Counted from the stretch's first letter, positions 20,281-32,263 are shown. The stretch is 39,110 bases of DNA from Kofleriaceae bacterium (GCA_046597055.1 JBKJLC010000055.1:1-39110), one strand, 5' to 3'. The notes: generated by a model not told the origin, from the letters alone. Program-made: numbers and translations.

Positions 20281-21897
20281 ATGAACACCCACCGTTGTCC
20301 GATCTGGCTGGCCCTCGCGCTCGCCCTTGCCGCCTGCTCGGGCGGCAGCGGCCAGGCTCCCCCCGACGGGGCGACCGCTCCGGACGGGGCCACGCTCGAC
20401 GCGGCCCCTGCGGTCGATGCTGCGGGGAGCGACCCGTCGGGCGCCACCGGACGGGCGGCGACGGCCATCTGCGGCGCGCTGTTCCGCTGCTGCGAGGACG
20501 ACGTCACCGACTACTTCGCGCCCTACCGCGCCAACGAGCGCCTGGCGCCGTTCCTCGACCGGCTGCCGCCCATGGCGACGCTCGACCAGGCGAGCTGCCG
20601 CGCGGTGGTCGAGGACATGCTCGAGGTCGTCTACCTCGGTGAGTGGGTCCGCGCGGTCCAGGCCGGCGAGGTCGAGTACGACGCCGCCGCCTTTGGCGCC
20701 TGCACCGCCGCGCTCGACGGCGCGACCTGCGGGGCCGGGGCCCGCGCCGCGCTGTGGGACGCGACCTGCTTTGGCCTGGCCCCGCCCGGCGGCGGCGCCG
20801 AGCAACGATCGTTCGTGCGCCGGACCCGCGGGGTCGGCGAGGCGTGCTCGCCCGTCCGCGACGGGATCGGCTCGGTCTTCTATGGCAGCTGCGATCCATC
20901 GGCGGCGTTCTGTTGCTTCACGGACCCGGCCCGGCCGGGTTGCCAGTTCCCGTTCACCGCCGACGGCAGCGCGCGCCCCGGCGTCTGCCGCGCGATCGCG
21001 GCGACCGGCGATGCGTGCTCGGCGGCCCCGCCGTTCCAGCTGTGTGCGACCGGCGCCAGCTGCGATGCCAGCAGCGCCACCTGCGTGGCGCCGACCGTCG
21101 CCGACCTCGCGATCGGCGCCACCTGCGTGGACGCCGGCTACAACCTGCTCGGCACCTGCGTGAGTTCGTGGTGCGATGTCCTGGGCACCCGGCGCTGCGA
21201 GCCGCTGCGCGACGACGGCACCGCCTGCACCGGGGCCGACGAGTGCCGCTCCGGGCTGTGCCAGACCACCTGCCGTCCCAACGACGTGTGCACCGGGACC
21301 GCGCCGCCGGTCGATGCCGGCATGCCTGACGGGCCGATGCCGACCGACGCTGGCGTCCCCGACGCGAGGGTCGTCGACGCGCCGCCGGCCGACGGCGAGC
21401 GGTGCGCGAGCGCGCTCGACCTGATCGCGGCGTCGAGCCCGTCGCCGCTGGCCGGCTACGCCCACCGCATCGCGTCGGGCTTCGGCGCCAGCAACGACTA
21501 CAACCCGCTGTCGACCGGCGGGCTGCCCCCGCAGTGCTCGATCGTCTACGACGCGCGCGGCAAGGAGCGCGTCTACGCGGTGACGCTGCAGCCCGGCGAT
21601 CGGCTGCGCCTGCGCGCCGAGCTGCCCGATGGTCGGCAGGCCGCCATCTATCTGCTCGACACCTGCCCCGGCGGCAGCTGGCCCGACCTCGACGGCACCG
21701 GCGCCTGCGGCTCGAACGAGTACAACGCCGGCTTCTGCGGGGCGATCGGCTGCGAGGCCGCGGCGCTCGACATCCGCTACCCGGCGACCCTGGGCGGCCA
21801 GCCGACCGCGCCCGCCACGTTCTGGGTCGTCGTCGATCAGGTCGGCGGCGACGCGTCGACCGGCTTCGTGCTCGACTGGCAGCGGGTGACAATCTGA
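20281..21897 (+). CDS. cysteine-rich lipoprotein with C-terminal PPC-like beta domain (~538 aa)
   Basis: Lipobox LALAAC; over 30 Cys; low-complexity DAG/PDA linkers; C-terminal ERVYAVTLQPGDRL...TFWVVVD. Confidence 0.75.
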   Translation: MNTHRCPIWLALALALAACSGGSGQAPPDGATAPDGATLDAAPAVDAAGSDPSGATGRAATAICGALFRCCEDDVTDYFAPYRANERLAPFLDRLPPMATLDQASCRAVVEDMLEVVYLGEWVRAVQAGEVEYDAAAFGACTAALDGATCGAGARAALWDATCFGLAPPGGGAEQRSFVRRTRGVGEACSPVRDGIGSVFYGSCDPSAAFCCFTDPARPGCQFPFTADGSARPGVCRAIAATGDACSAAPPFQLCATGASCDASSATCVAPTVADLAIGATCVDAGYNLLGTCVSSWCDVLGTRRCEPLRDDGTACTGADECRSGLCQTTCRPNDVCTGTAPPVDAGMPDGPMPTDAGVPDARVVDAPPADGERCASALDLIAASSPSPLAGYAHRIASGFGASNDYNPLSTGGLPPQCSIVYDARGKERVYAVTLQPGDRLRLRAELPDGRQAAIYLLDTCPGGSWPDLDGTGACGSNEYNAGFCGAIGCEAAALDIRYPATLGGQPTAPATFWVVVDQVGGDASTGFVLDWQRVTI

Positions 21898-21902
21898 CCC
21901 TG

Positions 21903-22886
21903 ATGACGCTCCGATCTTCCCGTCCATCCCTGGCGGCGCTGCTGCTGACCGCGGCCGCGTGTGTCGCCGCACCGACCGCACCGACCGCGCCGACCGCACC
22001 GACCGCGCCCAGCGTGCCGACCACGCCGGCGGTGCCGGCCGACGTTCGCCGGCCGGCCTCGCTCGAAGAGCTGATCCGGATCCGCTGCGCGCTCGACGAG
22101 GGCGAGGTCGTCACCACCTGGACCGGGACCCTCTACGCGTTCGTGCCGGGCGAGCGTCAGCGCCGGCTGTTCGACCTGGTCGGCATGAACATCGCGCGCT
22201 GCCTGCGGGTGGGCGCGGCCTGGCACCTCACGTCGCGCGAGCTGATGTATTACCTGCAGCCCGGCACCGGCGAGGTGCTCGACCGCTGGCGCAATCCCTG
22301 GACCGAAACCGAGGTCCCGGTCGTCCACGTGGCCAACCGGCTGGTCCAGGCCGAGCTCGGCGGCGCGCCCCCGCTCGAGGTGCAGGGCGGCGTCGCGACG
22401 CTCATCCTCGACATCCCGCTGTTCTATCCAGGGCCGTTCGCGCGCGACCCGGCCCTGCGTCCGTTCAGCCCCGCCCCCGACTACCAGGCCGGCGAGTTCT
22501 TCGCGCTGGCGGCGCCGGCGGCCGCCGCGCTCGACCCGGCCGGCGCCACGGTGCCGACCATGACCTTCGGGTGGCACCGGATCGGGCCGTGGCTGCCGTG
22601 GATGCAGATGGGCGACCGCCCCGGGCACCTGTTCTATCGCTCGCACGGGCACAAGGTGGCGAGCGTGGATGCCCTGCCCGCGCTGCTGCGCCGCGAGATC
22701 ACCGAGCGGCTGCCGCTCTACCAGCACGCGCCCACCTGCGTGGTGCCCGGTCGCAACGAGACCTCGTGGAGCTACTTCGCGCGGGCGTTGCCGTCCTATC
22801 AGCGCGGCGAACGCTTCCCGCTGCCGGCCCCGACCGACCCGACCGAGTGTCCGGCCCCGACCGCGCCCGCGCGTTCGTCGCCGTGA
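21903..22886 (+). CDS. DUF1838-like lipoprotein (~327 aa)
   Basis: ATG 5 nt after the upstream stop; lipobox LTAAAC; RCALD..W.G.LYAFVPGE..RLF..GMNIARC, SRELMYYL.P.TGEVL..W.NPWT, RIGPWLPWMQMGDRPG, NETSWSYF match my recollection of DUF1838. Confidence 0.75.
   Translation: MTLRSSRPSLAALLLTAAACVAAPTAPTAPTAPTAPSVPTTPAVPADVRRPASLEELIRIRCALDEGEVVTTWTGTLYAFVPGERQRRLFDLVGMNIARCLRVGAAWHLTSRELMYYLQPGTGEVLDRWRNPWTETEVPVVHVANRLVQAELGGAPPLEVQGGVATLILDIPLFYPGPFARDPALRPFSPAPDYQAGEFFALAAPAAAALDPAGATVPTMTFGWHRIGPWLPWMQMGDRPGHLFYRSHGHKVASVDALPALLRREITERLPLYQHAPTCVVPGRNETSWSYFARALPSYQRGERFPLPAPTDPTECPAPTAPARSSP
21969..22010 (+). repeat. 9-bp tandem coding repeat (APT linker)
   Basis: gcaccgacc/gcgccgacc x4 plus a partial copy, encoding APTAPTAPTAPTAP after the lipobox. 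Confidence 0.85.
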
Positions 22887-22922
22887 CCGGGCGACCGCCC
22901 GCGGGCTCACGAACCCGCGCCG

Positions 22923-25900
22923 TCAGCGCTCCAGGATCAGCTGCGGCGGCGCGCTGCTCTCGCGCGACGCGATCGCGAAGCCGCTGCTCGAGGTCGGCAC
23001 CAGCGCGAACGTGTAGGCACCGTCGCCGGTCAGCGCGGCGGTGACGTCGTACTCGACGAACTGGCCGAGCGCGGCCGCGCCGAGGTCGGCGATCACGCCG
23101 CCGCTGCGCGCCGGTCGGGTGGTCCAGGTGACCGTCGACTCGGTCCACGCGCTGGTGGCGGCGTACACCGCGGGCCCGTCCGAGGTCGCGTCGGTGACCT
23201 GCACCCGCAGCCGCGCGCGCGTCGGCGGCGCGGTCAAGCCGGTGACCCGGAACCGCAGGTAGGTCTCCTGGAGCGGGCTCGTGTCCGCGAACAGCGAGGT
23301 CGCGCCACCGAAGCTGGTGCCGGGCGCGTCCGCCGCCGCGTAGGTGTCGGCCTCGATCACCGCGGTCGCTGGCGCCGGCGCAGCGACCTGGGTCGTCAGG
23401 ATCAGCTGGGGCGGCGCGCTGCCCTCGCGCGACGACGCCGCGAACCCGCTCGACGAGGTCGCCACCAGCGCGAACGTGTAGACGCCGTCGCCGGCGACGA
23501 CGGTCGAGACGTCGTACTCGATGACCTCGCCGACCGCGGCCGCGCCGTGGTCGCCGAGGGCCCCGCCGGTCCGCGCCGGCCGGGTGTTCCAGGTGAGGGT
23601 CGACTCCTCCCAGGCATTGCCGGCCGCGTAGAGCGCCGGTCCGTCCGAGGTCGCGTCGGTGACCCGGAGCCGCAACCGGGCGGTGACCGGTCCGGTCACG
23701 CCGCTGACCCGGAAGCGCAGGTAGCCCTCCTCGAGCGGGCTCATGTCGGACGCGAGATCCGCCGCGCTGCCGAAGCTGGTGGTCGGGGTGGCCGCCGCCG
23801 CGTAGCCGTCAGCCTCGAGCACGGCGGTGGCGCCCGGACCGGGCGCCGGCGTCGCGGTCGTCACGATCAGCCGCGGCGCGGTCGCGCCCTCGCGCGCGTA
23901 GGCGGCGAAGCCGTCGGTCGAGGTCGGCACCAGCGCCAGGGTGTAGACGCCATCGCCGGTGACCAGCGACGTCACGTCGTACTCGACCACGGTGCCGGCG
24001 GCGACCGCGCCCAGGTCGGCGATCAACCCGCCGCGGGTCGGCCGCGTGTTCCAGGTGACGGTCGACTCGTCCCAGTCGCTCGCCGCCGCGTACAGCGCGG
24101 GCGCATCACCGGTGCCATTGGTGACGGTGAGCTGGAGGCGGACCTGGCTCACCGAGGACGCGCCGGTCACCCGGAAACGCAGGTACGACTCGGCGAGCGG
24201 GCTGGTGTCGGCGACCAGCGCGGCGGCGGCGCCGAAGCGCGCGGTCGGCTGGTCGGCCATGACGTGGGCATCGGCCTCGAGGACCACGCCGGACTCACCC
24301 GGCGGCGGCGGCGGTGGTGGCGGTGGCGCAGCACCACCCGCCCCACCGAACATGCCCATGTCGGCGCGGCTGCCGTCGGCGTCGAGCACCGCGGGGTCGC
24401 CCGCGTCGATCGCCGGGCTGCCGACGCGCAGGGCGAAGTTGCCGGTGGCAGGATCGACAAACGCTGGGTCGGCCGAGAGGTTGCCCGAGGCGCCGGTCGG
24501 GTCGGCCATCCCGCTGAAGCTGCGGGGCCAGGTGTCGTTGTAGCGATAGGCCGGAGCGACCGACGCGGTCACCGCGGTGCCGACGTTCTGGGCGACGATC
24601 GAGCTGGTGAGCGCGATGCCACCGGCGTCCGACCAGAGCGCCGCGCCGGTCGAGGCCGAGTTGCCGTACAGCACCAGGAAGTCGAAGGTGCCGATCAGCG
24701 GCCGGGTCCCCTCCAGCGGGGCACCCGCCGCGGCGTGGATCGCGCCGCCGGCCCCGGTCGCGATGTTGCGATCGAACCGCGAGCGGACCACGGTGTGATC
24801 GGTCGCGCGGACGTACATGCCGGCGCCTCGGCCGGCGCGGTTGCCGCTCACGATCAGGTGCTGCATCGCGATCGGCTGGTAGTTGTCGATGACGAACATG
24901 CCGCCGCCGGCGTCGCTCGCCACGTTGTCGAGGATCTGGACGCCGTCGATCGTGCCACCGCTCCACGGAAACAGCTGGGCCGAGATGCCGCCACCCCAGA
25001 CGGCCTGGTTGCCGGCGATGACGCCACCGCGGACCACGCTCGAATCGTTGTCGAGATCCATGCCACCGCCCAGCTCGGCGCGATTGTTCCGGATGATGTT
25101 GTCGACGAACAGGGCCGGCAGGTGCGACACCCGCACGCCGCCGCCGCTGTCGGCGGCCTGGTTGTGCTCGATCACGTTGCGCTCGACCCGCGCGGTCGAC
25201 TCGAACAGCCGCACGCCGCCACCGTCATCGCCGGTGACGTTGCCGGTCACCAGGTTGTCGCGGATCGTCGCCTGACCGCGGTGCACGTAGATGCCCGCGC
25301 CGTCGTTCGCCGAGGTGTTCTGGTCGATCGTGTTGCCGTCGATCAACGGGGAGCGCGCGTCGATGTAGATGCCGCCGCCGGTCCAGCGACCCTCGTTGCC
25401 CACGATCTGGGTGCCGTGGACCCGGCCGTCGTGCCCGAGGAACAGCCCGCCGCCGCGGTGCGCGCTGTTGCCGCGCAGCTCGCTGTCGGCGAGCTCGACG
25501 GTGCCATCGACGGTCGCGAGGCCTCCGCCCTCCTCGGACCGGTTGCCGGTGGCGAGGATCGCGACGACCTGCCCGCTGCTCGCGGTCAGCAGGGCACCGC
25601 CGCCACGGCCGGCGCCGGCGTCGTTGTCAGCGAACCGGGTCCGCGCGACGTCGAGCGCGCAGCCGGCGGTCGCCAGGCCGCCGCCGCCGGTCGCGCGATT
25701 GGCGGCGATCACGCTGTCGTGCAGCCGCAGCGTGCTGGCGCTGCACGAGATGCCGCCGCCGATCGACGCGGTGCTGCCGTTGCGCAGGGTCAGGCCGGCG
25801 ATGCTGACCCGGGCGCCGTTCTGGATCTCCAGCACGCGCCCGAGGCCGCCGCCGTCGATCGTGGTCGCGGCCGGGTCACCGCTGCCTCGTAGCTCGAGGT

Positions 25901-26108
25901 GCTTGCCGTTGACCACCAGCCGCTCGTGATAGACGCCGGCGCAAAGCTCGATCACCTCGCCGGGCGGGGCCGCATCGATCGCCGCCTGGATCGAGCCTCC
26001 GCACACCTGCAGCGCCGCCGCGGTCGTCCCGCGCGACGCGGGCTGGTCGGACGTGCCGACGTCCACACAGCCCGCAACCAGGACCAACGACAGCAGCGGG
26101 GAACGCAT
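22923..26108 (-). CDS. right-handed parallel beta-helix lipoprotein with three C-terminal DNRLRE/CBM96-like repeats (~1061 aa)
   Basis: Start ATG 26108, lipobox LVAGC; SIQAAIDAA start, many GGG/N-ladder repeats, GNLSADPAFVD...SPAIDAGDP..DMG cap, poly-Pro linker, then three ~155 aa repeats EAD....P...FG..L..D.SP..E.YLRF..W.ES..TWNTRP..EYDV..Y..AL..REG..P.LI. Confidence 0.85.
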   Translation of the reverse strand: MRSPLLSLVLVAGCVDVGTSDQPASRGTTAAALQVCGGSIQAAIDAAPPGEVIELCAGVYHERLVVNGKHLELRGSGDPAATTIDGGGLGRVLEIQNGARVSIAGLTLRNGSTASIGGGISCSASTLRLHDSVIAANRATGGGGLATAGCALDVARTRFADNDAGAGRGGGALLTASSGQVVAILATGNRSEEGGGLATVDGTVELADSELRGNSAHRGGGLFLGHDGRVHGTQIVGNEGRWTGGGIYIDARSPLIDGNTIDQNTSANDGAGIYVHRGQATIRDNLVTGNVTGDDGGGVRLFESTARVERNVIEHNQAADSGGGVRVSHLPALFVDNIIRNNRAELGGGMDLDNDSSVVRGGVIAGNQAVWGGGISAQLFPWSGGTIDGVQILDNVASDAGGGMFVIDNYQPIAMQHLIVSGNRAGRGAGMYVRATDHTVVRSRFDRNIATGAGGAIHAAAGAPLEGTRPLIGTFDFLVLYGNSASTGAALWSDAGGIALTSSIVAQNVGTAVTASVAPAYRYNDTWPRSFSGMADPTGASGNLSADPAFVDPATGNFALRVGSPAIDAGDPAVLDADGSRADMGMFGGAGGAAPPPPPPPPPGESGVVLEADAHVMADQPTARFGAAAALVADTSPLAESYLRFRVTGASSVSQVRLQLTVTNGTGDAPALYAAASDWDESTVTWNTRPTRGGLIADLGAVAAGTVVEYDVTSLVTGDGVYTLALVPTSTDGFAAYAREGATAPRLIVTTATPAPGPGATAVLEADGYAAAATPTTSFGSAADLASDMSPLEEGYLRFRVSGVTGPVTARLRLRVTDATSDGPALYAAGNAWEESTLTWNTRPARTGGALGDHGAAAVGEVIEYDVSTVVAGDGVYTFALVATSSSGFAASSREGSAPPQLILTTQVAAPAPATAVIEADTYAAADAPGTSFGGATSLFADTSPLQETYLRFRVTGLTAPPTRARLRVQVTDATSDGPAVYAATSAWTESTVTWTTRPARSGGVIADLGAAALGQFVEYDVTAALTGDGAYTFALVPTSSSGFAIASRESSAPPQLILER

Positions 26109-26121
26109 GCCCGCGTACTGT

Positions 26122-26137
26122 TGCCACCGGCGTGCCA
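26122..26137 (-). promoter_or_regulatory. putative sigma54 -24/-12 promoter of the beta-helix gene
   Basis: Minus strand reads TGGCACGCCGGTGGCA (perfect TGGCACG -24 box, GG-N10-GC); 14 nt between the -12 C and the ATG at 26108. Confidence 0.7.
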
Positions 26138-26153
26138 GCCCTTGGCGCTCGCA

Positions 26154-26166
26154 GATCAACCAGTTG
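26154..26166. promoter_or_regulatory. candidate IHF site
   Basis: GATCAACCAGTTG matches WATCAANNNNTTR except at the first base and lies just upstream of the sigma54 -24 box, where IHF sites usually occur. Confidence 0.45.
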
Positions 26167-26290
26167 CACGCCGGCGCTCGCCCACCCGAGCGGCTCCGCT
26201 ACGGGGGGGGTGTGCGCTGCCCAGTCGAACCGAGGTGCGGTGTCTCGCGATCGGCCCGGGTCGGTCGCGCCGCGCCGGCGCCCGCCAACG

Positions 26291-27757
<1,467 letters not shown>

Positions 27758-27767
27758 CGGGCCGGCG

Positions 27768-28181
27768 CTACCGCTTGAGGTGCTGCTCGCCCAGATAGAC
27801 GAGGTAGCTGCGGAGGTGGGCCTTCTTGGCCAGCGCGTCGTCGGCGCCGGCGGCGCGGATCGCGGCGTTGGCGGCCGGGTCGCTCGAGATCGCGACGATG
27901 CGGCCGCGGAAGCCGGCGGCGCGCACCTCGGCGGTGACCACCTGGCCGTTCTTGCGGTGGGGGCCGAGCGCGTAGTCCATGAACACCACGTCGAAGCCTC
28001 CGGCCGGGCACACCGTGGCGGCGTCGTCGGCGTGGGCGAACACCTCGACGTCCAGGCCGGGGATGTGGAAGTGCTCGGCGCGGGCGGCGACCACGTCGTC
28101 GAAGATCGCGACCCGCAGCGGCGCGATGCCCATCCGCTGGGAGGCATGGTCGGTCGGTGGAGTGGCAGGCGCCGGCGTCAT
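27768..28181 (-). CDS. single-domain response regulator (receiver only)
   Basis: RVAIFDD acidic pair, FDVVFMDY phosphoacceptor Asp, IVAISS, GADDALAK conserved Lys. Alternative start at 28133. Confidence 0.85.
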   Translation of the reverse strand: MTPAPATPPTDHASQRMGIAPLRVAIFDDVVAARAEHFHIPGLDVEVFAHADDAATVCPAGGFDVVFMDYALGPHRKNGQVVTAEVRAAGFRGRIVAISSDPAANAAIRAAGADDALAKKAHLRSYLVYLGEQHLKR

Positions 28182-28195
28182 GACGAGCGTGCGGG

Positions 28196-29440
<1,245 letters not shown>

Positions 29441-29481
29441 GTCGGATGCAGTGGGGTGGCGTGCGGGTGACGCAGCATACC

Positions 29482-30687
29482 TCAAGAAATCTGGGCCGGT
29501 GCCGTCGGCGCGGGCACCTCGGCCGCCGGCGTGGTCAGCACCACCACTCCGCCCAGGTGACGGGCCAGGCGCGGAATCAGGCTCTCGACCAGCGCCGGCC
29601 CGACCAGCTCGGTGACCTGGGCGCGGTGCACCTGCCAGCGCTTGCGCCACGCCGGCTCCTCGTTGATGCCGGGCGGGGTCGCCAGCACCGGCGCGACCTG
29701 GGCCAGCGCGTCGGGCAGCGCGAACAGGGTCACCAGCCCGCGCGGCCGCTGCGGGCCGGGCCCGCCGCCGAGCACCGAGGCCAGGAGCGGGCTGCGCGCC
29801 CCGGTGTCACCGACGTGGGCCTCGGCCATCGCGAACAGGCCGCACAGGTGGACCAGGAACGCGGCGACCGCGCGGACGTCGGCGGCCGGCGGCGTCCGCT
29901 CGAGCATCTGCTCGAAGGCGGCGGCCAGCCGGGCCGGGGCCGCGACCTGGGCCCGGGCGTCGTCGGCGCGGATCGACGCATAGGCGACCGCGCGCGCGAG
30001 GTCGACGTCGCGCAGGAGGAACACCGCGTCTTCCCAGTGCAGCGGCGGCGCCGACGGATGGTTGGCGAGCAGCTGGGTCAGCGGCGTGCGGCGCAGGAGC
30101 GCGGCCATCACCGGCGCGACCTCGGGGGTCGCCAGCAGCTCGTCGAAGCCGGCCCGGGTGACCTCCTCGCGGACCCGGCGCATCCCGGGCAGCGCGGTGA
30201 GCCGCGGCGGCGGGCGCTGGCCGAGGAACCGCGCGCGGCCGGTCCACCACGACACCGTCACGTCGGCGCGGCCGAGGTCGAGCAGATTGTGCAGCAGGCC
30301 GTGGCGGGCCAGCACCCGCCGGCGATCGCGGGTCAGCGGCTGCGACACCATCCGCAACGCCGCGGCGGCGATCTTGCGGCGCATGCCGTCGGTGACCAGG
30401 GCCCCGTCAGCGTCGGGGTGAGCCAGCACCAGCGCGTCATGGAGGCCAACCGCGAGCGCCAGGTCGTCGCCGTCGAGCACCAGGGCCGGCGGGCGCGCGA
30501 CCAGCTCGGCCAGCACGTCGGTGCGGGCATCGTCGACCGCGCCCTGCGCCACGGTCGCATCGTCGAGGTCGCGCTCGAACCGCATCAGGTCGACCGAGGT
30601 CAGCGGCCGCTCGATGTGGAGCTCGCCGCCGGCGACCAGGGGCTGCACGAACCGGGTCAGGAAGCTGGCGACGTCGGGGCGGGCCAT
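29482..30687 (-). CDS. uncharacterised mostly helical protein of the MoxR-vWA operon (401 aa)
   Basis: Starts 3 nt after the upstream stop, normal protein composition, co-oriented with the AAA/vWA genes; no motif I recognise. Confidence 0.8.
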   Translation of the reverse strand: MARPDVASFLTRFVQPLVAGGELHIERPLTSVDLMRFERDLDDATVAQGAVDDARTDVLAELVARPPALVLDGDDLALAVGLHDALVLAHPDADGALVTDGMRRKIAAAALRMVSQPLTRDRRRVLARHGLLHNLLDLGRADVTVSWWTGRARFLGQRPPPRLTALPGMRRVREEVTRAGFDELLATPEVAPVMAALLRRTPLTQLLANHPSAPPLHWEDAVFLLRDVDLARAVAYASIRADDARAQVAAPARLAAAFEQMLERTPPAADVRAVAAFLVHLCGLFAMAEAHVGDTGARSPLLASVLGGGPGPQRPRGLVTLFALPDALAQVAPVLATPPGINEEPAWRKRWQVHRAQVTELVGPALVESLIPRLARHLGGVVVLTTPAAEVPAPTAPAQIS

Positions 30688-30690
30688 CGC

Positions 30691-32214
30691 CTACTTGCCG
30701 AGCAACTTCTGGTCGGGCTCGGCGAAGCCCCACAGGGCGAAGCTGCCGAGGGGATCGTTGACCACCAACGGGTCGCCGGGCGGCGCGATCGCGACCTCGC
30801 GGATCTCGACCGGCTCGACCTCGAGCCGACCGACCGCGCGGCGCTCGAGCGCGACCAGCCTGGCGTCGTCGAGCTGGAACGGCGGCCCGTCGGGCGTGAA
30901 CACGGTGAGCTCGCCGCTGGCGTGGCCGAGCGCGAGCGCGAGCACCTCGGGCGACACCCGCGGCACGACCTCCATGCCGAGCGGCACCAGGATCCCGGGC
31001 GCGTGCTCGCAGAGCAGCGTGCCGAGCGGCACCACGTCGATGTCGCCGGTGGCGACCACCAGGATGCCGCGGTCGGTGACCGCGACCCGCAGGCCGCGCA
31101 GCGCCGACGGCGGCAGCAGGAACACCAGCCGCTTGAAGTGCGGGGTCTGCGCCCGCGGCACCAGCGTCGCGGTGACCCGGCGCGACAGTCCGGTGCCCGG
31201 TGCCAGCCGCAGCGCGACCCCGACCGGCGACGGCGCGCTGACCGTGGTCTCGCGGGCGTCGCCCCCGGCCTTCTCGAGGTCGAGGTCGATCCGGGTCAGG
31301 TCGGCCAGCCGCGACAGCTCGAGCGGCCCCGGTAACACGTCGACCCGGTCGCCGGGCCAGAACACGTGATAGCTGTCGGGCGGCAACAGCGACGCGACCG
31401 ACCCGAGCTCGACCGGGTGGGCCCAGCCCAGCGCGACCGCGACGTTGTCGGACACCGGCCGGAACACGTCGATGCCCGGCGTGCCGACGAACAACTCGAG
31501 GATGCGCTCGGGCAGATCGCGGACCCGCATCATCAGGTAGCTGGGGTCGCCGGCGATGGTGGGTATGCCGGCGGCGCGATGCCGGGGCGCGACCAGCGCG
31601 ACCTCGCCATCGACCTTGTTGCGCCACAGGTAGCGGATGACCCCGTCGCCGAGGCCGCGCGCCACCGCCAGGACCAGGGTCGCCCGCGCTTCGGCATCGA
31701 GCCGGGTCGCGCCCGGGACCCGGCGCAGCGACAGGCGGAACAGCAGCCGCGCCAGCGGCAGCTCGCCCTCGCGCGCGTAGGTCTGCGTGAAGTCGTCGCC
31801 ATGGACCATCAGCTCGGCGCCGGCCGGCAGCGCGCCGATCTCGACGGCGTCGTAGCCGTAGGGCGAGCGGTCGTCGCGGTACTTCACGAAGTGCTTGGCG
31901 GTGCCGGTGTAGATCGAGCCGCCGACCAGGCGGGCCAGGCGCGCGGCCCGATCGGCCGCGTACGACGACACCGCGGGCACCCTCAGGATCATCTCGCGGC
32001 TCATGAGCGGCGTGCGCACGCGCGTGATCTCGAGGCCGGCGACCAGCTCGTCGAGCGACGCCTCGTGCGAGTACAGCCGCAACCATGACACCACGCCCTC
32101 GAGGGTCGGGAACACGATCACGAGGAAGCGGCCGAGCACCACCCCGCGCGGATCAGGCGCGACGCCCGGGGTCATGAACCGCGACTGACCGTGAGCGACG
32201 TGCTCGAGCGCCAT
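30691..32214 (-). CDS. uncharacterised protein, first gene of the MoxR-vWA operon (~507 aa)
   Basis: Start ATG 32214 (MALEHVAHGQSRF) avoids overlap with the divergent gene; conserved-looking block GGSIYTGTAKHFVKYRDDRSPYGYD; possibly a ternary conflict-system component (unverified). Confidence 0.8.
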   Translation of the reverse strand: MALEHVAHGQSRFMTPGVAPDPRGVVLGRFLVIVFPTLEGVVSWLRLYSHEASLDELVAGLEITRVRTPLMSREMILRVPAVSSYAADRAARLARLVGGSIYTGTAKHFVKYRDDRSPYGYDAVEIGALPAGAELMVHGDDFTQTYAREGELPLARLLFRLSLRRVPGATRLDAEARATLVLAVARGLGDGVIRYLWRNKVDGEVALVAPRHRAAGIPTIAGDPSYLMMRVRDLPERILELFVGTPGIDVFRPVSDNVAVALGWAHPVELGSVASLLPPDSYHVFWPGDRVDVLPGPLELSRLADLTRIDLDLEKAGGDARETTVSAPSPVGVALRLAPGTGLSRRVTATLVPRAQTPHFKRLVFLLPPSALRGLRVAVTDRGILVVATGDIDVVPLGTLLCEHAPGILVPLGMEVVPRVSPEVLALALGHASGELTVFTPDGPPFQLDDARLVALERRAVGRLEVEPVEIREVAIAPPGDPLVVNDPLGSFALWGFAEPDQKLLGK

Positions 32215-32263
32215 CTGCGCCGGCCAACGTAGCATGCCCGCCGACGGTGTAGATTCATCGGCC

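Noticed and set aside
26203..26210. G8 homopolymer as a phase-variation tract upstream of the beta-helix promoter
   Set aside because: Short for a GC-rich genome, outside core promoter elements, and no length-variation data.
27758..28147. Extended vWA N-terminus in the ORF track
   Set aside because: Overlaps the real receiver gene in another frame; ATG 27757 fits the operon spacing.
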